Positions 54,062-64,000 of a stretch of DNA of 64,000 bases are shown here, piece after piece. The notes under the pieces are model-generated. The model was not told where the DNA came from. It searched no databases and saw nothing but the letters and a program-made list of their open reading frames with translations. The stretch is taken from positions 67,084,001-67,148,000 of the forward strand of contig OX597820.1 of the NCBI GenBank assembly GCA_951406725.2. Reading direction: 5' to 3'. This DNA is from Octopus vulgaris (taxonomy: Eukaryota). Made by a program: the position numbers and the translations under genes. The stretch's first letter is position 1; every line of letters starts with the position of its first letter.

Positions 54062-54600
54062 TATGCATATGTGGGCACAGGACGTCACGAAACGTGTACA
54101 ACAAGAATACGAGGCATGAGTATATGGAACATGAACTATTCTTTCGAACAACGAAAGACACAAATGGAAATCAAAGCAAGCATGAAGAACGACCCTTCAT
54201 CAGTTGTTGGCTGTTTTCTAGTCTCGTATTTCGAGCATTTGAGAACAATATGCGCTTTCGATAAAACAGATGCTCCTGCAAAGCAAATTAAATAAAATCT
54301 GGGAATCTGTGGAGGGTCAAAATTGGTAGCACAAACAGGAGAGTGAAAACAGGAAGGGCTGCTAAGCCTAAAGAGGTCGTGGTGGTGTACGCTTAAGTCA
54401 AGCTTGGACAGGAGACAAACAAAAATGCGTCTTCCTTGTTGCAGCTGCAACGGAGAGAAAGAAAGAAACACAAGTTGGAAGAAAGAAAGACGACCGATGG
54501 TCACGTGGGAGCCACGTATTTTTTTGCTTCGTCAGAAAAGAGAAAGGGAAAATTCAAAAGAAAGAGCAGAAGAAGAAATCGCCAACGGGCCACGTATAGT
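54062..54600 (-). mobile_element. Family Q element (longest copy)
   Basis: Homologous to 32901-33235. Confidence 0.55.
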
Positions 54601-54992
54601 TATATTGCTGAAGATATATATATATATAAACTTAAGGTATCTTTGGCCCGACGAATAGCTAGCGAATTACCCCTCGTTTCGGCTGTTACTACTTCCGAGA
54701 TTCTGCTACCTATGAAATATATCTAGCCTGGATTTTATCTGCTCCCTTCCCAAATTTTGGATTTATATTCGCATACACAGCAATTCCAGCTGTTAACTGT
54801 AAGCTATGAAACAATCTTTTCAGCTTATCGAACTTCGATATGTGGAAAATTTACATCCTTCTTCGTCAATAAATCATTATTGTTCCTGGAAGTTGTTTTT
54901 TATAACTTCTACAAACGGCATGAAGATTACTAATTTCCTACACCTTGATCCATAGATCTTACATTTGCAGACACACACACACACACACATAT

Positions 54993-55411
54993 TCTTTTAT
55001 TCCTTTACTTGCTTCAGTCATTTGACTGCAGCCATGCTAGAGCACAGCCTTTAGTGGAACAAATCGACTCCAGGACTTTGTAAGCCTAGTACTTATTCTA
55101 TCTATTTTGCCGAACCGCTAGCTTACGGGGGTCTAAACACACCAACATCGGTTGTCAAGCGATGTTGGGGGGGGGGACAAACAGACACGACCGCGTGTGT
55201 ACCGTTGGCGATTTTTTCCCTCCGTCTTCCCTTCTTTGGATGTATTCTTTTCCTATGTTTCTGACGAAGAGCTCCACACGAAACGTTAAACCCTCCTTCT
55301 TTCCTTCATTCCTGAGCGTCCAATAATACTATACTTGTTCCACGTCCTCGCGTTGTTGTGTTTTCTCTTTGTGTTTTCATGTTTGGATCAACTATATATA
55401 TATATATATAG

Positions 55412-55464
<53 letters not shown>

Positions 55465-55621
55465 TAATATTAATATTTGGGAAGTTATTTCCAAGTCCAC
55501 AGGGGAAAGAAGTTCAATTTCGTGGTACCAAAGTGAATTACTCAGTGTATTATATACATATATATAGGTAGGTTTAAGACACAGAGATGACTGTATTGCT
55601 TGAGAGCGATTCTGACCCTTA

Positions 55622-55662
<41 letters not shown>

Positions 55663-55835
55663 GCATATGCATATAACGGGCTTCTATCAGTTTCCGTCTA
55701 CCAAATCTAGTCACAATGCTTTAGTCGACCTGAAGCTATAGTGGAAGACACTTGCCCAAGGTTCCACGCAGTAGAATTAAACCTGGAACCATGTAGTTGG
55801 GAAGCAAGTTACTTACCGCACAGCCACTCCTGCGA
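54993..55835 (-). mobile_element. SINE-B split at its internal microsatellite by a family P element and (AAT)n
   Basis: 3' half 54993-55187 and 5' half 55675-55835. Confidence 0.75.
55189..55395 (+). mobile_element. Family P element with a hammerhead motif (55257-55291)
   Basis: gtttCTGACGAagagctccacacGAAAcGTTaaac: canonical core, damaged stem II. Confidence 0.7.
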
Positions 55836-55866
55836 CTATACACACACCCACACACACACGCGCGCG

Positions 55867-55945
<79 letters not shown>

Positions 55946-56659
55946 GTAGTGATAGAAAATAGAGTGTGAAGACATCTGGGCGAATGCCTCAATCAGCACT
56001 CTGAACTAACAGAAAGTCCAGTGATGAATACGGGTGTCCATACCAAATGGCAATTGAGAACAGCCCCATATGAAAAGGGTAGATAACTTTAAGAATTTCT
56101 CAAACATTGACATGCCATCAAAACAAAACAAAAAAATTACCGGTTTATTGTTTGTAGATAGGAAGCAGTCGTCAGCATGCGTTTCTGCCTTAATTAGCGT
56201 CATCAGAACGACAATTGTCTTGTCTGAATTACAGCAACCAAGCTGGTTAAACGTATACAAAAAGAAAAAAAGCACATTTCTGGTTTCGTGGCAGCGTTTA
56301 TATCATCCGAGGGTTGTTGATATTCATACGGAAAATTGCATGAAACTATGATCTGGATTTCAACACATAGCTAAACACGCCCACGTATATATACGCACAT
56401 GCATTCACCCTTGTCCTCTCCCCCCCCTCTCTCTCTTTCTTTCTCTCTCTCGCACACACGCACACTCACACACACACTTACAAACGCACACACACAGCCA
56501 CATAGAGTTATTATCTATATAGCAGTATGCTAATACCATATCGCTGAGGTCCGTCCTTAAACCACGCGCAAAATCTGATTACACAAAGTCTTCATAAATG
56601 TATAATGTTCTGTAATTGTGTTTCAAACGTGAGCAGCTGCGATGATCTCCAATAGTGTT

Positions 56660-57480
56660 TAGTGTAGCAGTGGTAGTGGTGACAGTAGTGGGGATAGTTG
56701 AGGTGGTGGAGGAATAGTGGAGGTGGTGGTGGGGGATAGTAGAGGTAGGGGAATAGTGGAGATGGTGGTGCTGGATAGTGGAGGTGCTGGTCGTGGGAAT
56801 AGTGATGGGGGCATAGTGGAGGTTGTGGTGGTGGTGGTGGTGGTGGTGGTGGTGGTGGTGGTGGTGGTAGTGGTGGTGGTGGTGGTGGTGGTGGAGGAGT
56901 GGCGGTAATTGGGAGGATGGCGGAGTTGGTGGTGGTGTTTGGAATGTGGGTGGCAGTGATGTAGATGTAGTGGTAGTAGTGCTGATAATGATGGTGATGG
57001 TTTTGGTGTAAGTGATACTGGAACTGGCGTCGTCGTTGGTGGTGGTGGTGGTGGTGGTGGTGGTGGTGGTGGTGGTGGTGGTGGTAGTTGTGGTCATGTT
57101 CAGAACTGCGATGGCATTGTTGTTCAGTGGTTGTGGTGGGGGTGGGGGTGGGGGTGGGGGTGGGGGTGGGGGTGGGGTGGGGTGGTTGTAGTGGTGACGG
57201 TTGGTATTTGTGTTGATATTGTTCGTGGTGGTAAGGAATGGTTTTGATGACGTTGTTGTTGTTGTTGTTGTTGGTGGTGGTGTTGTTGGTGGTGGTGGTG
57301 GTGGTGGTGGTACTATTCGTGTCGGTTATGGTAATGTTGATGCTGATGTTAGAGGTGTTGTTGTTGCGATTGTTGCTCTCGGTGGTGATGTTGGTGGTAG
57401 TTGTTGTGGCGACGATGGAGGTTTGTTTGTTTTTGTTTGGTCTTTTTTTGGGGGTTTTTTTTGTTGTTGTTGTTAGATAG
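56660..57480. repeat. (GTG)n/(GTT)n low complexity with (GGGGGT)n at ~57137-57183
   Basis: Direct inspection. Confidence 0.9.
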
Positions 57481-58113
57481 AAATGGCGATATGAATCTTA
57501 AACAAACGCATTCTCTAGCTTTACAATATAGTGATACGGACTTTACAAACAACAACAAATACAGCAACAACAACACTAACAACACCAACAACCAACATTA
57601 ACTACTCTGTTGCCATGGCTACGGCACCAAAACATCTTTGTTCATTTTGTTAGACAGCCTTTCTCTCTTTCTCTCCTTGTCTTCCTCTTCTCTGTGCTTC
57701 TCTCGCGCTTTCATTCCTTCTTACCTCTTCCCTTCTCTCTCTCTCTCTCTCTCAGTCTGGACGTACAAGCTCTCCTCCTCCTCTTCCTCCTATCCACCCC
57801 GCTCTCTCACCTGTCTCAACATTCCCACATACCACCCATTGTACCACACCTGTTACGCTTTGAGCAAAAAAAGAAAAAAAGTTGCGCTCTGCTGTTCACG
57901 CGCTATTCTCCTTCTTCATCAACACTGCCATGACCGCCACCAACAACAAAACCATCACTGTCATCGTCATCACCATCAAAACCACCACAATCATGACCAC
58001 CCACCAATAATCATCATCACCATTATCATTATCATTACCACCATCATCATCATCATCGTAATCAGCATAATCTTATGAATCATCAGCAGCATCATCACCA
58101 TCATCATCATCAG

Positions 58114-58173
<60 letters not shown>

Positions 58174-58840
58174 TCTCATCTCCATCATCATTACCGTTAC
58201 CTCTACCCCCCCCCCCCCCCACCATTCCCATCTTCACCGTCACGACCACCACCACAGCCACCACAACCACCACCATCACTAATACCACCTCTAACACAAA
58301 CTCCACAGCCATGAAATGTACCGTCCTAACTTAGGTGACCAACCGTGATTATCAAAAGCAACACCATTCAAAATTACCACGTTGGCTTCTCCCCCACACC
58401 CCCACCCCGAAACACTACGCTAAAAGGTTTTCCTTAAACAAGAAATGCAGAGAAACCCCAATGGTCGATCTCTTTGCCTGACCCCGTTATGGCCTCCTCC
58501 GGAAGCTTCAGACGCGCAAGAATAGGACAGGAGAGAAGGAATGAAAGAAAGAATGAATGAAAGGGGGTAAAAAGAGAGAAAGAAAGAGAAAACAGACAGA
58601 CAATGACAGAGAACGAGAAAGAGACAGACAGACAGAGAAGCGGAGAGGGGGAGATAATAAGAGAGAAACAGAGAAACAGAAAGAGAGAAACAGAGAGAAA
58701 GAGAAGACAGAGAGACGGAGAAAGAGAGGAAGAGACAAGGAGAGAAGGAGAGCGAAAGCGAGATAGAGAGAAAGGCAGAGAAAGAGAAATAGAGTGCTCA
58801 ATAGAAGCAGAGTGACACGTTGCATTTCCATGCGAATGCA

Positions 58841-59080
58841 TAGGCGCAGGCATGGCTATGTGGTTAAGACGCTCGCGTTTCAATCGCGCGGTTTCGAGTT
58901 CAATCTACTGCGTGGCGCCTTTCGAGCAAGTGTCTTCTACTATAGCCCCGGGCCGACCAATCCCCAATGCCTTGTGAGTGAATTTGGAACTACCACAAAC
59001 ACAACCACAAGCACTTACACCATATTAACTTGCACCATCGCCATTACAACTACCCTCAACACCGCCATCACTATCAACAA

Positions 59081-59113
<33 letters not shown>

Positions 59114-59418
59114 TATCACCACCACCATTAACATCATCACCAGCAACAATATCATCAACATCACCTCTGTCACCTTGGCTACTCCCATCTTGTCTATGAT
59201 AACTAATATTGGTTTCAAATTTTGCACAAGGCCAGCAATTTTGGGGATGGGTCTAAGTAGATTAAATCGACCCAAGTACTCGACTGGTTCATATTTTATC
59301 GATCCCCAAAGGATGAAAGGCAAAGTCGACATTGACTGAGTTTGAACTCAGAACGTAAAGACGGACGAAACGCCGCTGAACATTTTGCCCAGCGTGCTAA
59401 AGGTTCTGCCAGCTCACC
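58841..59418. mobile_element. SINE-B 5' part (58841-58988, +) and SINE-A (59210-59418, -)
   Basis: Family motifs. Confidence 0.7.
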
Positions 59419-59881
59419 TATATATAATAGGCGCATGAGTGACTATAGGCGCAGAAGCAGAAGTGACTATGTGGTTAGACTCGAACAGAAATCGTCCGGT
59501 AATTGCCATTTGAATGGAAATTTTGATTTCACTATAGAACACATATTGCTAGGTTTGTACCACTCCCTTGAGGCCCAACTACACTCTAGCTGAAAAATAT
59601 AGAATAACTCACAAGTAATATAGACATCCTAAATTCAGTGGCGGCGTTAATGAAGATGTTTACACGTTAATTAAATGAATTAAACTTACCATTATTAATG
59701 TATATTTACACAGATATAAGAGTTAGAACTTGTGATCCTCTCACGGACTTTTTTTTTTCTTTGGAAATTTTTGCGCACAGAACTAAAACGTTTCCCCACC
59801 CCTGGTTTAAGACAATACTGTGGAGTGTCATTTGCGAAAGATTTGACCGTTATTTCTAGAAAGTCAATCAACCTCACAGAG

Positions 59882-60135
59882 CAATGGTTCTCAATTGGGG
59901 TCCATATAACCCTTGGTGTCCATCTAATATTATGCTATTAAAATGTATGTGTAATGAATTGGTTATGCTTCTATAATACACAAAAGATTTTTATAATTTA
60001 CTTCTAAAAATCTCTAATATTATATAGTTAAAAATATATAATAATCTTTTTTAAACATCGAATAATTGTAAGGGTCCATCCGAGTAAAATAGAAATCAAA
60101 GGGGTCTACGGGTAAAATATGGCTAAGAACCTCTG
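59882..60135. mobile_element. hAT MITE (uninterrupted relative of 42903-43451)
   Basis: caatggttctcaa..ggggtccat..ctaagaacctctg. Confidence 0.7.
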
Positions 60136-60279
60136 ACAGAGAGGATTTTTCGTTGGTTCACGGAAATGAACGACTTGAAGTTTTGAAAGTTTTGTTGAAT
60201 CCGAGTGAGAAAAGCAAGTAATGGATTCTACATACGAGCAAATATCGTTTAGAATGATGTTGGACTATAATAATTATTA

Positions 60280-60804
60280 TACTCTAGCACAAAGCCTTGA
60301 ACATTTTTGTGGGGGAGGTGGCTAGTCGATTACATCGACCCCACTGCGTAACTGGTACTTATTTCATCGACCCCGGAAGGGTGAAAGACAAAAGTAGACC
60401 TCGGAGGAATTTAAACGCAGAACGTAGCGGCAGACGAAATATTGTTAAGCATTTCGCCCGGCGTGCTAACGATTCTTTTGTACTCTAGGCACAAGGCCTG
60501 AAATTTTGGGAGAGGGGGCCAGTCGATTATATCGACCCCAGTATGCAACTGGTACTTAATTTATCGACCTCAAAAAGAAGAAAGGCAAAGCTGTGTGGTT
60601 AAGAAGTTCGCTTTGCAAACTCGTAGTTTCGGGTTCACTCCCACTGAACGGAATCTTGGGCAAATGTCTTTTCCTACAACTAATCAATGCTCTCTGAGTA
60701 AATTTGGTTGGCGGAAACTATGTGGAAGCCTGCCGTATATACAAATAGATAGATAGACAGACGGACAGATGGACAGACGGACAGATAAATAGATAGATAG
60801 ATAT

Positions 60805-60892
<88 letters not shown>

Positions 60893-60941
60893 GTAGGTAG
60901 GTAGGTAGGTAGGTAGGTAGGTAGGTAGGTAGGTAGGTAGG

Positions 60942-61033
<92 letters not shown>

Positions 61034-61255
61034 GTGTATTTGTGTCTGTTCCCCACTCCCGGCTCAATAGCATGTGTTGGTATGTTTGCGTCCCCGTAAT
61101 TTAGTGAGATTCGGCAAGAAAGACTGACAGTAAGAAAGACTGACAATCAAAAAAGTACGTATCGGGTCGATCTGTTCAGCTAAAACCCTTCAAGGCGGGA
61201 CCCTAGCATATCCGTCGTCCAATGACTGAAACAAGCAAAAGAATAAAAGAGAAAA
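60280..61255. mobile_element. Tandem SINE-A units (60280-60590, -) joined to a SINE-B (60590-61255, +) with an internal (AGAT)n/(AGGT)n expansion
   Basis: Family motifs; tetranucleotide array at 60745-61033. Confidence 0.75.
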
Positions 61256-62432
61256 GATGTAGGATAACCACATACAGATAAACTGACCACACGATAGAAT
61301 ATGAATATTAGATGCGAAAGGTGACCACTTCCTTGATTCCATGAAAGATCATGTGTGCAAGACAGTTAAGAAAGAGATGGGGGTGGATGGGGCGCAGGAG
61401 AGAGGGGGAGGGAGTGAGAGCAGAAGAGAGAGGGAGGGAATGGGAGCAGGAGAGAGGGGTGGGAGAGAGGGGTGGGAGAGAGGAGTGGTCGGTGCAAAAA
61501 CCCATTGAGAAAATATCTCAGAAAGTCAGATTGTCTGCGATGGTCATCTCTTCCAATCGGACACAAACCTGTCTGAAGCCGATCAATTTACTGAGCCGGC
61601 CTGGCACTACCTGACCTCCAGTTCTAGCTACCACCGGCCACCATTATGCACCTCCACTCTTATCACTAACGCCATCACCTGTGGTCACGTCATCACTGTT
61701 ACTATAGCAACAGCGGTAATGTAGTCATAGCAGTAAACACTGCAGCGTCTACTGAAGTAGCCACTTGATTTAATCAATGGACTGCTCTTTTGTTGGAATT
61801 CCATCGAACTAATATCGATACTGATCAAAAGATGTGGTCAGCGCTTTTCTATTTCAAACAAGGACGGTTCAATAAATCTATTGGTATAAGGTGTTTCCGG
61901 TTAAAATATTAACACACACACACACACACACTTTCATACATAGATATATATACCTAGATACATGCATACATGCACACACACACACTCACACACACTCACA
62001 CACACACATACATACATACATACATACATACATACATACATACATACATACATACATACATACATACATACATACATACATACATACATACATACATACA
62101 TACATACATACATACATACATACATACATACATACATACATTTTTACACGCACACACGCGTGTACGCTCATGTACAAACATATCTCTAAAAGGCAGCGCA
62201 GCCAAAGAATCTCTTTCCATTCGTCCAAAATGCAAGAAATAGTATCCAAATCGCCCTCACAAAAAAAAAATTGTGCTGACTTATGACTTAGTAGGATGCG
62301 TTGGATAATCTAAACCAAGATATTTAAAAAAAAAAAGAGAAAAACTGGGCAATCACAACTGGAACATCTTTGATCATAAGTCCAAAGGATCATTGCCGAT
62401 AAGGAGTTAAAAAGTCACAGAAACATCTTCTG

Positions 62433-62846
62433 TCGGCGAGCTGGCAGAAACGTTAGCACGCCGGGTGAAATGCTTTGCGGTATTTCGTCTGCCGTTACGT
62501 TCTGAGTTCAAATTCCGCCGAGGTCGACTTTGCCTTTCATCCTTTCGGGGTCGATAAATTAAGTAGCAGTTACGCACTGGGGTCGATCTAGTCGACTTAA
62601 TACCTATGTCTGTCCTTGTTTGTCCCCTCTATGTTTAGCCCCTTGTGGGTAATAAAGAAATAGGTATTTCGTCTGTCGTTACGTTCTAAGTTCAAATTCC
62701 GCCGAGGTCGACTTTGCCTTTCATCCTTTCAGGGTCGATTAAATAAGTACCAGTTATGCACTTGGGTCGATGTAATCGACTTAATCCGTTTGTCTGTCCA
62801 TGTTTGTCCCCTCTGTGTGTAGCTCCTTGTGGGTAGTAAAGAAATA
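62433..62846 (+). mobile_element. Dimeric SINE-A flanked by one 14-bp TSD
   Basis: agaaacatcttctg at 62419-62432 and 62847-62860; 184-bp unit restarts at 62479 and 62663. Confidence 0.9.
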
Positions 62847-63399
62847 AGAAACATCTTCTGGGTTTACATATACACAGGAATTCCTCCGCTCAGCATCAAT
62901 GTAAGCATCACTGTTGGCTCAGTTGAGCTTTTCCGTTATCTCTTCACAATCCACCATGCTGCAATCTCATAACTTCGCCGTATCCCTAGCAGGGTGCCTG
63001 AACGGGTGCTATGCCTTGCCAAAGGACAACCAGTAACTATGCAGGGTACGGTCGTCACTCCGTGAGGTATTTTCGAAATACCCGCATACCCTAGAAGATC
63101 ACCAACCTTAATCAAGAGAGTAACTGCAACGCATCTATACGGGTGGCATCCATGGTTGTGTAAACAGTTAATGAAAGATTCACCATGACTCAAGCTTCCA
63201 GTTCAAATTCATGGTACTGGAATTGGATGGCGACAGACAATCATGGGAATCCACGAAAGCAGCAAAAGAAAAAAAACCTACACCCAATGTTTTCTTGTGA
63301 GTGCGATTTGGATACTATTTTTGACATTTTGGACGAATGGAAAGAGATTATCTCGTTGCATCGCCTTTGTTTGTTATGTTTGTACACGTGCGTACACGC

Positions 63400-64000
63400 G
63401 TATGTATGTATGTATGTATGTATGTATGTATGTATGTATGTATGTATGTATGTATGTATGTATGTATGCATGTATGCATGTATGTATGCATGTGTGTGTG
63501 TGTGTATGCATATATGTCTTTATTCAGTTTTAATTCCAGATTTCTTGCAAATAGAGAAAGAGCTGGTTTCTAATCTAAATCCAAGGTTCCTTCATTGAAA
63601 TTTCAACAAGATATTTTTGTAGGCATGTATGTGTATGTATGTATGTATGTACGTATGTATGTATGTATGTATGTATGTATGTATGTATGTATGTATGTAT
63701 GTATGTATGTATGTATGTATGTATGTATGTACGTACGTATGTATGTATGCATGCATGCATGTATGCATGTATGCATGTGTGTGTATGTATATATGTCATT
63801 ATTCAATTTATTTCAAGATTTCTTGCCAAGATTTCTAACCTTGACTTGAATTTCAACATCAACAACCGGGTATTTTTGTATGTATGTTTGTATGTATGTA
63901 TGTATGTATGTATATATGCATGTATGTATGTACGTATGTATTATGTAAGTATGTATGTGCAGATTTGCATGTTTTATTATGTATTCTCATGCATATGTAT
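63400..64000 (-). mobile_element. R4/Dong 3'UTR copies with (TATG)n arrays
   Basis: Reverse complement of the 290-365 / 779-890 / 1870-2060 units. Confidence 0.75.

Noticed and set aside
62936-63193. 85-aa minus-strand ORF
   Set aside because: No domain is recognised; it is more likely a retroelement UTR relic, which I could not confirm.
38200-64000. Candidate second exons (acceptor-like sites near 38279, 41133, 47359, 62878)
   Set aside because: Each hits a stop quickly in phase 0, and none encodes an ankyrin TPL motif.

Overview
Eukaryotic, AT-rich, repeat-saturated DNA. The SINE families and huge (TA)n/(CA)n/(TACA)n tracts point to a coleoid cephalopod, most likely Octopus (inferred from repeat content). 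There is one convincing host coding exon (36933-37424, +; ATG to a phase-0 AAG|GTGAGT donor). Its C-terminal end resembles the pre-ankyrin helix of TRPN/NompC mechanosensitive channels. It is preceded by an Inr+DPE-like core promoter, and no second exon was found in the remaining ~26.5 kb. The rest is transposon debris: at least four tRNA-derived SINE groups (called A, B, C, E here) with swapped heads and tails, R4/Dong, CRE and CR1/L2 LINE fragments, Tc1 and mariner relics and MITEs, hAT elements with 8-bp TSDs, a non-autonomous Helitron, a 5S rRNA pseudogene, and Penelope-like (PLE) pieces carrying minimal hammerhead ribozyme motifs with variant cores. A 100-N gap lies at 22867-22966. Much of 17000-20700 and 22967-26700 looks like low-quality consensus, including a garbled mirror duplication. 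Nearly all ORFs in the supplied track are microsatellite artefacts. All family assignments are from motif recognition by eye; no database search was run.
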